64,000 nucleotides of DNA, from the NCBI GenBank assembly GCA_963709585.1, contig CAVPXI010000023.1, forward strand, positions 128,001 through 192,000, read 5' to 3'. This DNA is from Candidatus Dormiibacterota bacterium (GTDB lineage Bacteria > Chloroflexota > Dormibacteria > Aeolococcales > Aeolococcaceae). Below are positions 32,404-42,074 of the stretch, in pieces (the stretch's first letter is position 1; each line of letters begins with the position of its first letter). Under the pieces are notes generated by a model. That model was not told where the DNA came from, did not search any database, and saw only the letters and a program-made list of their open reading frames with translations. The translations under genes were made by a program, and so were the position numbers.

Positions 32404-34184
32404 GCACCGCTCGCACCTATTGCGGCACGCCGCGCGCCGGCGACGCGGGAACGCTCGCGACCGCGTTCGGCTGGGTGGACCGGCGGCGCGACCAGGGCGG
32501 CCTCGTCTTCATTGATCTTCGCGACCACACTGGCATCCTGCAGGTCGTGATCGACGCCAACGACGCGCCCGAGGCGCACCGGGCTGCGCGCGACGCGCGC
32601 CTCGAGTGGGTACTCCGGTTCGACGGCGAGATCCGCTTGCGCGCTCCCGAGAACGTGAATCCCAAACGCGAGACCGGCGAGGTCGAGTTGCGTGCGAGCG
32701 CCTGCACGGTGCTCGCGATCGCCAAGACTCCGCCGTTTCCGGTCAACGAGGATTCGGAGGTCGACGAGCAGTTGCGCCTCCGCCATCGATATCTCGATCT
32801 GCGCCGGGTGCACCTGCAGCGCAACCTGCGCGCCCGGGCGAAATTCTGCACCGAGCTGCGCCGTGCGATGGGCGAGATCGGCTTCCTGGAGATCGAGACC
32901 CCGGTGATGATCCGGGCAACGCCGGAGGGCGCTCGAGATTACCTCGTGCCGAGCAGGCTGTTCCCCGGGAGCTTCTATGCGCTGCCGCAATCGCCGCAAC
33001 TCTACAAACAGCTCTCCATGGTCGCCGGCTTCGACCGGTACTTCCAGCTCGCTCACTGCATGCGCGACGAGGACCTGCGCGCCGATCGCCAGCCGGAATT
33101 CACCCAGCTCGACATCGAGATGTCCTTCATCGACGAGGACGACGTGTTCGCCGCGCTCGAGCATGCCATCCCGAGTGCCTGGGAGGCGTGCGATTTCCGC
33201 GGCGGCCGGCTGGATGTGCCCTTCCCGCGCATGACCTGGCGGCAGGCGATGGACAGCTACGGTGTCGACAAACCCGACACGCGCTTCGAGTTGTTGCTGC
33301 ACGACCTCACCGCCATCGTCCGGACCTCGGGATTCCGCGTCTTCGCCGAAGCTGTGGCGGCGGGCGGCGTCGTCAAGGGGATCTGCGTCAAGGGCGGCGA
33401 CGACCTCACCCGCAGCGATATCGAAGGTCAGCTGACCGAGGTCGCGCGCGGCGCCCGAGCCCGTGGGCTCGCGTACCTGTGGGATCGGGCCGACGGCTGG
33501 CAGGGGGGCATCGCGAAGTTCTTCACCCCCGCCGAGCTCGATGCGATCGCCGCCGCAACGGGCGCCGAGATCGGGGACTGCATCCTGATGGTGGCCGACC
33601 GTCCCGGTGTGGTCAACGCCGCCCTCGCCGCCGTCCGCAACCACCTTGGGCGGGCGCGCGGCCTGTACGACGAGCAGCGCATCGACATGCTCTGGGTGAC
33701 CGAGTTTCCGATGTTCGAGCGCAGCGACGAGACCGGCGAGATCGGCGCGGCGCATCACCCCTTCACCATGATCCACGCCGACGATCTCGACCTGCTCGAG
33801 TCGGATCCGCTCGCCGTGCGATCGCGCGCCTACGACCTCGTCGTGAACGGACGCGAGATCGGTAGCGGCAGCATCCGGATCACCGACCCCGCCATCCAGC
33901 AGCGAGTGCTGGCCGCGCTGGGCATCGACGCCGAGGAGGCGCATCGCAAGTTCGGCTTTCTGCTCGAGGCCTTCGAATACGGCGTGCCGCCGCACGGTGG
34001 CTGGGCCGGCGGCATCGATCGCATGGTCATGGAGGGGCTCGGCACCGACAACATCCGCGACGTGATCGCCTTTCCCAAGAACCAGCAGGGACAGGAGCCG
34101 ATGACCGATGCGCCGGCCCCCGTCGAACCCGCCCAGCTTCGCGAGCTGGGCATTGGGATTCTCCCGACCACCCCCAGACCGTGA
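32400..34184 (+). CDS. aspS: Aspartate--tRNA ligase
   Basis: Motifs GGLVFIDLRD, TPEGARDYLVPSR, ALPQSPQ, RDEDLRADRQPEFTQLD and PPHGG. Confidence 0.97.
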   Translation: MSTARTYCGTPRAGDAGTLATAFGWVDRRRDQGGLVFIDLRDHTGILQVVIDANDAPEAHRAARDARLEWVLRFDGEIRLRAPENVNPKRETGEVELRASACTVLAIAKTPPFPVNEDSEVDEQLRLRHRYLDLRRVHLQRNLRARAKFCTELRRAMGEIGFLEIETPVMIRATPEGARDYLVPSRLFPGSFYALPQSPQLYKQLSMVAGFDRYFQLAHCMRDEDLRADRQPEFTQLDIEMSFIDEDDVFAALEHAIPSAWEACDFRGGRLDVPFPRMTWRQAMDSYGVDKPDTRFELLLHDLTAIVRTSGFRVFAEAVAAGGVVKGICVKGGDDLTRSDIEGQLTEVARGARARGLAYLWDRADGWQGGIAKFFTPAELDAIAAATGAEIGDCILMVADRPGVVNAALAAVRNHLGRARGLYDEQRIDMLWVTEFPMFERSDETGEIGAAHHPFTMIHADDLDLLESDPLAVRSRAYDLVVNGREIGSGSIRITDPAIQQRVLAALGIDAEEAHRKFGFLLEAFEYGVPPHGGWAGGIDRMVMEGLGTDNIRDVIAFPKNQQGQEPMTDAPAPVEPAQLRELGIGILPTTPRP

Positions 34185-34444
34185 GCCCGGGGCTCGGCCT
34201 CGCGATCCTCTTCGTACTCATCGGTTCCACCCTGTCCACGCTGGTGATGCCCCGGCGCGGCTCGTTTCCGCTCGCGTTGCTTCTCGCTGCCGCCGGCGTG
34301 GTCGCAGGCGAGCTCGTCGCCATCGCCACCCGAACCGGAGGCCCGCAGCTCGGCGCGCTCCACCCGGTTGCGGACGCGGTCGGCGTCGCGCTCTTCGAGG
34401 TGACCGGCGCGGTGCTCGCGCCGGCGCGCCGCCGAGGGCCATAA
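34181..34444 (+). CDS. Small hypothetical membrane protein (about 3 TM)
   Basis: The start overlaps the aspS stop (GTGA); three hydrophobic helices. Confidence 0.6.
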   Translation: MSPGLGLAILFVLIGSTLSTLVMPRRGSFPLALLLAAAGVVAGELVAIATRTGGPQLGALHPVADAVGVALFEVTGAVLAPARRRGP

Positions 34445-34476
34445 TCACCGGGTCGGCAATTCGGGAGGCTCGTGGA

Positions 34477-34683
34477 ATGCGCGTACCGTTCGGTAAGAAA
34501 GGGCTTGTGGCGACAGGCGCGGCCATCACCGGTGCGATGTTCTTCTGGCGCGTTCGCGCACGCCGTCGGGAGGAGGCCGAAGCCCGCGAGTGGGAAGCCG
34601 AGATCGCCGGAGCGGTCGATGAGGGTCGCGCCGCCGGCTCGGCGGCGTCGTCGACGCCCTCGTCCGAGCCGTCCAGCGTCTAG
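34477..34683 (+). CDS. Small membrane-anchored protein (68 aa)
   Basis: GGAGG RBS before the ATG; TM segment GLVATGAAITGAMFFW followed by a charged helix. Confidence 0.6.
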   Translation: MRVPFGKKGLVATGAAITGAMFFWRVRARRREEAEAREWEAEIAGAVDEGRAAGSAASSTPSSEPSSV

Positions 34684-34725
34684 GCCTCAGGCCCTGACTG
34701 TTTCGGCGCTCTCGCGCAGGGGTAT

Positions 34726-35172
34726 GTGAACAGCGCGATGGGAACCGTTTCGGAGATCCGGCTGCCGGCTGATCGCGAGCACATCCTCGTCGCCAAGCGG
34801 GCCGCGGGAGCGTTCGGGTCGCTCGCCGGGTTCGACATGGACGCGATCGACGACCTCACGATCGCCGTCGCTCAGGCCTGCGACAACGCCATCCGTTGCC
34901 TCGAGCACTCCGGTTCGATCGCCGGTCAGGTCCGCATCGTCTTCAAGATGAGCGACACCGGCCTCGAGGTCACGGTCCGAAGCACGGTCAATCGTGAGGC
35001 TGAGCTCAGAGCCCGCGCGGAGCAGGCCGGCTTCGGACGCGAGGGAGAGCTCGTCGCCGCAAGCGACCTGGCGCTCCGGCTCATGGGCCTCTTCGTCGAC
35101 GACAGCACGTACCGGGTCGATGAGCGAACTGGGAGCCTGCGCGTCCGGCTGACCAAATACAAGGCATCGTGA
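34726..35172 (+). CDS. RsbW/SpoIIAB-like anti-sigma factor with degenerate ATP-binding motifs
   Basis: IRLPA...GFDMDAIDDLTIAVAQACDNAI matches the HATPase_c-like fold. It overlaps the downstream sigma gene. Confidence 0.8.
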   Translation: MNSAMGTVSEIRLPADREHILVAKRAAGAFGSLAGFDMDAIDDLTIAVAQACDNAIRCLEHSGSIAGQVRIVFKMSDTGLEVTVRSTVNREAELRARAEQAGFGREGELVAASDLALRLMGLFVDDSTYRVDERTGSLRVRLTKYKAS

Positions 35173-35987
35173 CCCCCGCGCCGGGGCGCGGCGAGGGTGT
35201 GGCGACCCGCGAGCGAACCATCGCGAAGCCGGCAGAGACGGCGGAGCGGGCCGAGATGCGGCGCCTGCTCCGCGAGTTCAACAAGACCCGAGATCCACGG
35301 ATCCGGGAGCGGCTCGTCGAGCTCAACAGCGACCTCGTCCATTACATCGCGCGCCGTTTCGCCAATCGCGGCGAACCCCTCGAGGACATCGAGCAGGTCG
35401 GATTTCTCGGCCTCATCCAGGCGATCGAGCGATTCGATCCGTCCCTCGAGAACGAGTTCAGCACCTTTGCGACACCGACCATCGCGGGCGAGATCCGGCG
35501 TCACTTCCGCGACCGCTCCTGGGCTGTCAGGGTCCCTCGCCGTCTCCAGGAGAACCTCGCCAAGGTGAATGCCGCAACCCAGCAGCTCCAGAACGAGCTG
35601 GGCAGGTCGCCGTCGGTCGCAGAGATCGGGGCGCGGGTCGGGCTCGACCCCGACCAGGTCCTCGCCGCGATGGAAGTCGCGCCGGCCCAGCACACCATCT
35701 CCCTGGACGGCCCGGTCGGCGGCGGCGACGAGCCGCTCACCCTCGGCGACCGCCTCGGACTCTCGGACGACAACCTCGAACGCGTCGAGATGCAGGAGGT
35801 CCTCGAGCAGGTGATGGCGCACCTCACGCCGCGCGAGCGCAAGATTCTCGCGCTGCGCTTCGTCGAGCAATTGCCGCAGACCGAGGTCGCAAAACGACTC
35901 GGCATTTCGCAAATGCACGTCTCACGATTGCAGCGCGCGGCAGTCGAGCACCTTCGCAAGGAGTTCGGGTCCGAGGCGCCCGTGTAG
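35169..35987 (+). CDS. SigB/SigF/SigG family RNA polymerase sigma factor
   Basis: IARRFANRGEPLEDIEQVG, FSTFATPTIAGEIRRHFRD..WAVRVPRRLQE and region 4 QTEVAKRLGISQMHVSRL. Confidence 0.93.
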   Translation: MTPAPGRGEGVATRERTIAKPAETAERAEMRRLLREFNKTRDPRIRERLVELNSDLVHYIARRFANRGEPLEDIEQVGFLGLIQAIERFDPSLENEFSTFATPTIAGEIRRHFRDRSWAVRVPRRLQENLAKVNAATQQLQNELGRSPSVAEIGARVGLDPDQVLAAMEVAPAQHTISLDGPVGGGDEPLTLGDRLGLSDDNLERVEMQEVLEQVMAHLTPRERKILALRFVEQLPQTEVAKRLGISQMHVSRLQRAAVEHLRKEFGSEAPV

Positions 35988-35988
35988 A

Positions 35989-36016
35989 ATTCGACAAGTT
36001 GCTGTCGAATACTTTT
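35989..36016 (+). terminator. Hairpin after the sigma gene (possible terminator or regulatory stem before alaS)
   Basis: An 8-bp stem ATTCGACA/TGTCGAAT is followed by ACTTTT. Confidence 0.4.
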
Positions 36017-36020
36017 GCAC

Positions 36021-38627
36021 GTGCTCAGCTCTGAGATCCGGGAGCGATTTCTTCGCTTCTTCGAGGAGCGCGGGCATTACCGGCTCGCGAGCTTTCCGCT
36101 CATTCCCCACGACGATCCGTCGCTCCTCTTCACTGTGGCCGGAATGGTGCCGCTCAAGCCCTGGATCACCGGTCAGCGCACGCCACCGTCACGCGACCTC
36201 GTCTCCTGTCAGAAATGCTTTCGGGGCGCGGGCCTCAAGTACGACGACATGGCCTCCGTTGGTGACCCCACGCACCACACGTTTTTCGAGATGCTCGGCA
36301 ACTGGTCGATCGGTCATTACTTCAAAGAGGGCGCTATCGATTACGCGTGGGAGTTCTCCACCGAGGTCCTCGGTCTCGACCCCGCCCGGCTCTGGCCGAG
36401 CATCTACCCCGGCGACACCGAGTTGGAGCGCCTCTGGGTCGAGAAGATCGGCGTGCCCAGGGAGCGCATCTCGCGGCTGACCGAGAACTGGTGGGCGGCC
36501 GGGCCGACCGGTCCGTGCGGGTATGACAGCGAGCTCTACTTCGACTGGGGCGGCCCATGCTCATGCGGGCGGAGCGACTGCACGCCCCAGGACGAATGCG
36601 GCGGCGATCGCTTCGAGGAGTACTGGAACCTCGTGTTCATGGAGTTCGACCAGCAGCCCGACGGGTCACGGCCGCTGCTGCCCAATCCGACGGTCGACAC
36701 CGGGCTCGGCTTCGACCGGATCGTGGCGATCGTGCAGGGCGACCGCACCGGGTACGGCACCGATCACTTCGCCCCGATGGTCGACGGCTTCAGGTCTCGC
36801 GCAGCCGGCGCGGGCTCCGACCCGGCCTTGGTGCGGTCCTTCTACGTTCTCGCCGACCACCTTCGCGGAGCCGGTTTCCTGATCGCGGCGGGCGTGCTCC
36901 CGGCAAATGAGGGTCGTGGCTACGTGCTCCGCCGGCTGATCCGCCGTGCCGCCGTGCACGCGCGTCGTGTGGGGCTGCGGGGCGGCCTCGCGGCCGGCAC
37001 CGCCGACCTCGTCGGCGTCATGGGCCCGGTCTACCCGGAGCTCGTCGAGTTCCGCGGACTGATCGAGTTGACGCTGCGCATCGAGGAGGAGGCGTTCGCC
37101 CGAACCCTGGACGCCGGCACCGAACGGCTGGCGGGGCTGCTGTCGAGAAATCCGACCGGGATCGATGGCGCTGACGCATTCCGTCTCTATGACACCTTCG
37201 GGCTCCCGATCGAGTTAACGATCGAGATGGCAGCGGAGCGAGGGGCGACCGTCGATCTCGAAGGATTCGAATCGGCGATGCGCGAGCAGCGAGAGCGCGG
37301 GCAGGCGTCAGCGCGCCGTGTCGGCTTCGCGGGGGCCGACACCCTGCCGCCGACCCAGTTCATCGGCTACGACTCCCTGGAAACCGATACCACCGTGGTT
37401 CGCATCGGACTCGACAGCGAGACGCAGGTTCTCGGCGCCGGGGAGAGCGGCCCGGTGCTGCTCGACGTGTCGCCCTTCTACGCGGAAGCCGGCGGCCAGG
37501 TCGGCGATACCGGGACGCTCACGTGGCCCGGCGGGAGCGCACTCGTGCGCGACACGCAGCCGGTCGCCGGCAGCGATGCCCGCGCCCACGATGTGCTCGT
37601 GCAGGCCGGGGAGCTCCGTCCGGGGCAGCAGGTCCGCGCAGCGGTCGACGCCTACCGGCGAGGCCGGATCGCGCGTCATCACAGTGCGACCCACCTGCTC
37701 AATCGCGCGCTTCGCGAGGTCCTCGGCGACGCGGTGGTGCAGCGGGGCGCGTTCGTCGGACCGGACCACACGACCTTCGATTTTGCCTTCTCGAGGGCGC
37801 TCACCCCGGAGGAACTGGCCGACATCGAGCACCGCGTCAACGACGGTATCCGGCGCAACCTGGAGCGGACGGTCGCGCTCATGCCGCTCGCGGATGCGCG
37901 CGCAAGCGGAGCGATCGCGCTGATCGATGAGGCGTACTCGCCGGACGTCCGCGTGGTCGACTTCGGGGGATGGTCGCGCGAGCTGTGCGGCGGCACCCAT
38001 GTCACCCGCAGCGGCGACCTCGGCGCGGCGATCATCGTCTCCGAGAGCAGCATCGGCCAGGGCATCAGGCGCATCGAGATGGTTGCCGGGGAGAGCGCCG
38101 AGGAGCGCTGGCGGCGCACCGGCGCGGCGCTCCAGGCGACCGCACGCGCACTGAAGACGCGTCCGGAGGAGGTCCCGGAGCGGGTGGCCGCACTCCAGGA
38201 CCAGGTCCGCAAGCTCACTCGCGAGGTCACCCAGGCTCGCCAGGCCGGCCCCTCGAGCGTGCCGACCGACGCCGCGGTGGTCGAGGATGCCGGAGGCGTC
38301 CCCTTCGCTCACCTCCTGCTCGACGGCGACGTCGACGCCGACGGTGTCTCCGAGGCCGGCGACCGCCTCCTGGCCGACCGGCTCCAGGGTGATGGCGTCG
38401 CTGCTGTGCTCGGCCCAGCCACGCTCGTGGTCAAAGTCGGTGGACGCGCCCTTCAGGCAGGCATCCACGCGGGCACGCTGGTGACCGGCGCCGCCGAGAT
38501 CACCGGCGGCAGGGGCGGTGGACGCCCGGATCTCGGCCGGGGCAAGGTCGGCGATCCGGCCAAACGCGAGGCAGCCGTCTCCCTGCTGCGCAACGCCATC
38601 ACCGAGACGGTGGGGCACGCCGCCTGA
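36021..38627 (+). CDS. alaS: Alanine--tRNA ligase
   Basis: Motifs DPSLLFTVAGM, HHTFFEMLGNWS, GPTGPCG, editing HHSATH and ELCGGTH, and C-Ala GRGGG. Confidence 0.97.
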   Translation: MLSSEIRERFLRFFEERGHYRLASFPLIPHDDPSLLFTVAGMVPLKPWITGQRTPPSRDLVSCQKCFRGAGLKYDDMASVGDPTHHTFFEMLGNWSIGHYFKEGAIDYAWEFSTEVLGLDPARLWPSIYPGDTELERLWVEKIGVPRERISRLTENWWAAGPTGPCGYDSELYFDWGGPCSCGRSDCTPQDECGGDRFEEYWNLVFMEFDQQPDGSRPLLPNPTVDTGLGFDRIVAIVQGDRTGYGTDHFAPMVDGFRSRAAGAGSDPALVRSFYVLADHLRGAGFLIAAGVLPANEGRGYVLRRLIRRAAVHARRVGLRGGLAAGTADLVGVMGPVYPELVEFRGLIELTLRIEEEAFARTLDAGTERLAGLLSRNPTGIDGADAFRLYDTFGLPIELTIEMAAERGATVDLEGFESAMREQRERGQASARRVGFAGADTLPPTQFIGYDSLETDTTVVRIGLDSETQVLGAGESGPVLLDVSPFYAEAGGQVGDTGTLTWPGGSALVRDTQPVAGSDARAHDVLVQAGELRPGQQVRAAVDAYRRGRIARHHSATHLLNRALREVLGDAVVQRGAFVGPDHTTFDFAFSRALTPEELADIEHRVNDGIRRNLERTVALMPLADARASGAIALIDEAYSPDVRVVDFGGWSRELCGGTHVTRSGDLGAAIIVSESSIGQGIRRIEMVAGESAEERWRRTGAALQATARALKTRPEEVPERVAALQDQVRKLTREVTQARQAGPSSVPTDAAVVEDAGGVPFAHLLLDGDVDADGVSEAGDRLLADRLQGDGVAAVLGPATLVVKVGGRALQAGIHAGTLVTGAAEITGGRGGGRPDLGRGKVGDPAKREAAVSLLRNAITETVGHAA

Positions 38628-39892
38628 TGCCCAAGCGAAAGTTCGCGCTCCTCAAGCGGCGCGAGGAGTTCCAGAGCCACTACACCGTGCTCGACATCGG
38701 CACCGAATTCGTCAAGGCGTTGATCGTCAAGCGGGAGAACGACAAGGGCATCGTCCTCGGGGTCGGCAAGGTCCGTCAGGCGCAGACGCACATGCAGGCG
38801 GGCGCGGTCGCCGACCTCCAGGCGGTCATCGACAACTGCGACCGCGCACTGACCGAAGCCGAGGACATGTGCGAGACGATCCCCGGTCAGGCGGTCATCG
38901 GCATCGCCGGCGAGCAGGTGCGCGGCTTCAGCACGACCATGACCGTGCCGAGGCCGCAGCCACAGGCGCGTATCACCCAAGCAGATCTCGCCACCGCGTT
39001 GCAGGCCGTGCAGCGACGGGCGCTCCGGGAAGCGGTCCGCCAGATGTCCCACGATCTCGGCGTCCAGGAGGTCAACGTCAAGCTGGTCCACAGCACGATC
39101 ACCTCGGTGCGCATCGACGGCTACGCGGTCAGCAATCCTGTGGACTTCCAGGGGCACGTCGTCGAGATCACCGTGTTCAACACCTTCGCTCCGCTCACCC
39201 ACATCGGGGCGCTGCAGGCGATCGCTCAGGAGCTGGACCTCGAGCTCGTGGCCACGGTCGCCGAGCCGTACGCCCTGGCACGCGGCTGCGCGTCCGCCGA
39301 GTTCCACGAGCTGGGCGCCATCTTCGTTGACGTCGGCGGCGGGACCACGGACATCGCCGTGGTCCGGCGCGGCGGCATCGAAGCGACCCGGATGTTCGCC
39401 CTCGGAGGACGGTCGTTCACCAAGCGACTCGCCACAGATCTCTCGATGGACCTCGACGAGGCGGAGCGATTCAAGGTCGCGCACGCCGAGGGCCACCTTG
39501 CCGCCGAGCAGAGCGCCATGGCCCGCCGAGCCCTGACCCCGACTGCCGAGGTCCTCGCCCAGGGCGTCGCGCTGACCCTCGAGGAGCTCGCCGGACCGGA
39601 CCCGCTGCCGGGGTCGATCTGCCTTGCCGGTGGCGGCGCGGCGCTGCCCGAGGTCGCCGAGCAGCTTCGCATCCTCGACTGGTCGGACACGGTGCCGTTC
39701 ACCCGCCCGCCGACGGTCAAGGTCCTCGGTCCGAGTGACGTCACCGGCGTGTACGACACGACCGGGCTCCTGGTCGGCAGTCAGGACGTCACCCCGATGG
39801 GGCTTGCGCGACACGCCGTGACGCTGGAAGATGACGCGGACGAGCCCCTGGGCGGGCTCATGCGCCGCGTTTTGAAGACGATGAAGGTATAG
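38627..39892 (+). CDS. Orphan FtsA-like actin-fold ATPase
   Basis: Phosphate-1 VLDIGTEFVK, phosphate-2 VDVGGGTTD and adenosine LAGGGAALP. It has an FtsA-type 1C/SHS2-like insert (IDGYAVSNPVDFQG) and an amphipathic C-terminus LGGLMRRVLKTMKV. Confidence 0.85.
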   Translation: MPKRKFALLKRREEFQSHYTVLDIGTEFVKALIVKRENDKGIVLGVGKVRQAQTHMQAGAVADLQAVIDNCDRALTEAEDMCETIPGQAVIGIAGEQVRGFSTTMTVPRPQPQARITQADLATALQAVQRRALREAVRQMSHDLGVQEVNVKLVHSTITSVRIDGYAVSNPVDFQGHVVEITVFNTFAPLTHIGALQAIAQELDLELVATVAEPYALARGCASAEFHELGAIFVDVGGGTTDIAVVRRGGIEATRMFALGGRSFTKRLATDLSMDLDEAERFKVAHAEGHLAAEQSAMARRALTPTAEVLAQGVALTLEELAGPDPLPGSICLAGGGAALPEVAEQLRILDWSDTVPFTRPPTVKVLGPSDVTGVYDTTGLLVGSQDVTPMGLARHAVTLEDDADEPLGGLMRRVLKTMKV

Positions 39893-39898
39893 GCGCCG

Positions 39899-41616
39899 AT
39901 GCCGGCTGTTGTCATTGCCAGGGCGGACGATGAGATCGTCGATCTCATCGATCGAGTTCGCTCGTCCGCAGACCCGGATGTGGGCCTGGTCGTGCCCACC
40001 TCCAGCCGTGCCTTGCAGACCCCGCTGAACGTCCGGCTGCTCGCCCAGTTCAGCCACCAATCGGGCCGGCGCACTTCGATCGTGACCGAGGATCCGCGCG
40101 TCCAGCAGCTCGCGCGCGCCAACGGGCTTCAGGTCTACGGATCCGTCCCGGCCTACGAGCGGGGCATCGAACTGGGCGGCCCGCGGGTGAGCGCGGGCCT
40201 GGGGCGAGGCCTCGCCGGTGCCGGTGCAGGTGGTATGGCTGCCGCCGCGGTGCTTGAGCCGCCTCCCTTGCCGCCGCCGGCGCCACCGCCCGTCGGTCCG
40301 CCCGCACAGGCGACGGCACGGCTCGAGCCGCGGCGGGTCATCACCCAGCTCCGCCGGCGCGACCCCCTCGCGGATGGGACCGGCGTCGCTTCCTCTATGT
40401 CGCAGGTGCTGCGGTCGCGATCATCGGCATCGTGCTGTTCATGGCCCTTGCCCCGTCGGCAAGGATCACCATCACGATCGCCGCGACGCCGCTCTCAGTC
40501 AACTCGACCATTCAGGGGAGTACCAGTGCCACCTCGGCCACCCTGCCCGATCACGTGCTCACCGGCGTGGTCACGGCCACGAGGAACCAGCAGTTTCAGG
40601 CAACTCCGACCGGAACCACGACAGTTCCGGCGGTGGCGGCGAAGGTCATCCTCCTGTTCTCGACCGATTCGCCCACCGACATCGGGTTCAACCTGCCGCC
40701 GAACAGCACCAGCTCGTATGTCCAGACCGCTGACCAATCCAGCACGTTCGCGCCCACCCGGAACACGTTCATCTGCATCGGTCCGGTCAATCCGCCGCCA
40801 GCCGGAGCCTGCGCGGGGCACTCCTACAATGCGACGGCGCCGTACGCCGACCAGACGGCGGGGGCGAATGGGAATGTGGCCACCGGTAGCCTGACATCCT
40901 GGCAGGGCGATCCCTGCCCGGACCCCATCCAGTGCCCGGGGACCCACATCAGCGTGACCAACGACAGCGGCGCCTCAGGCGGGTCCGATTCCAAACAGGT
41001 CACCGCGGCGAGCGCGACCGACGTTGCCAACTGGACGGCCCAGGTGACCCAGATCATGGGTGCGCTGACCGCGCAGCTCCAGACCGACCTCCAGGCGAAG
41101 GCGGCAGGCAAGGTATTCGCCAAGGATCCGACCGGCGGCGGGGCGCTCACGTCCTACTCCCAGAGCCCGACGAAGCTCCCGGCAGCCGGCGCGCCTTTCA
41201 CGGCGACCACAATCAGCGTATCCGCCGCAGCTGAAGCGGCCATCTACGACCCGATCGCTGTCCGCAACGACGTCATCGCCGACCTCGACAAGCTGGTCAA
41301 GCCCGGCGACCAGCTGGCTCCCGGCAAGCTGACCACGCCGCCATGCGCGGTGACCCAGGCAAATACCAACGGCACGGTGATTCTCGCCTGCTCGGCGACC
41401 GACTTCAGCCAGCCCACCGTCAACCTGAACACCCTGAAGGCGCAGCTCACCGGGCGGAACCCGGGGAACGCGCAGAGCATCGTCGAGCGCAACATCGCCA
41501 AGGTCCAGAACGTCCATGTCTCCGAATCGCCCTTCCAGCTCTTCTATCTGCCGCTGCGCGCATCGCAGATCGCGATCGACGAGAACTTCGTCGTCACCTC
41601 GATCAAGTCGCCGTGA
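39899..41616 (+). CDS. Bitopic membrane protein with an extracytoplasmic baseplate-J/gp47-like region, frameshifted near 40350
   Basis: The N-terminal domain and Pro-rich linker lie in one frame. TM FLYVAGAAVAIIGIVLFMAL and the T/S-rich outer part (GANGNVATGSL...VTNDSGASGGSD) lie in the adjacent frame. Adding one base joins them into about 572 aa. Confidence 0.7.
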
Positions 41617-42074
41617 CCTCGGCCGGGGACAGTTCCGGTCGCACGCGCGTCCTCGGGATCGACGTCGGCTCGGTGCGGATCGGGATCGCCGTCTCCGACG
41701 AGACGTGCATCCTCGCGTCGCCCGTCGCCACCATCGCCAACGACCCTCGGACCCTGTGGACACGCATCGCGCGTGAGATCGAAGATCGCCAGGTGGAACG
41801 AGTGGTGATCGGGTTGCCTCGCCGCCTCGACGGCAGCGAGGGCGACGCAGCCGAGAACGCGCGGACATTCGCGGCCGAGCTCGGGCGACGCACGTCGGCG
41901 GCGATCGAGCTGTGGGACGAACGGTTCACCACGACCATCGCCGAGCGATCGCTCATCGAAAGTGGCGTGCGCAGAAAGCGGCGGCGCGAGGTGATCGACT
42001 CGGTGGCCGCGGCAGTGCTGCTGCAGAGCTGGATCGACGCACGCCGGATCGCCGCGGCGCGCGCCGCGCGGTGA
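41613..42074 (+). CDS. ruvX: YqgF/RuvX family pre-16S rRNA nuclease
   Basis: Motifs VLGIDVGSVRIGIAVSD, VVIGLP, WDERFTT and IDSVAAAVLLQ. Confidence 0.95.
   Translation: MTSAGDSSGRTRVLGIDVGSVRIGIAVSDETCILASPVATIANDPRTLWTRIAREIEDRQVERVVIGLPRRLDGSEGDAAENARTFAAELGRRTSAAIELWDERFTTTIAERSLIESGVRRKRRREVIDSVAAAVLLQSWIDARRIAAARAAR

Noticed and set aside
38627-41616. Prophage, tailocin or T6SS interpretation of the baseplate-like gene
   Set aside because: No other structural phage or secretion genes, integrase or att sites are present. The protein has a TM anchor and housekeeping flanks.
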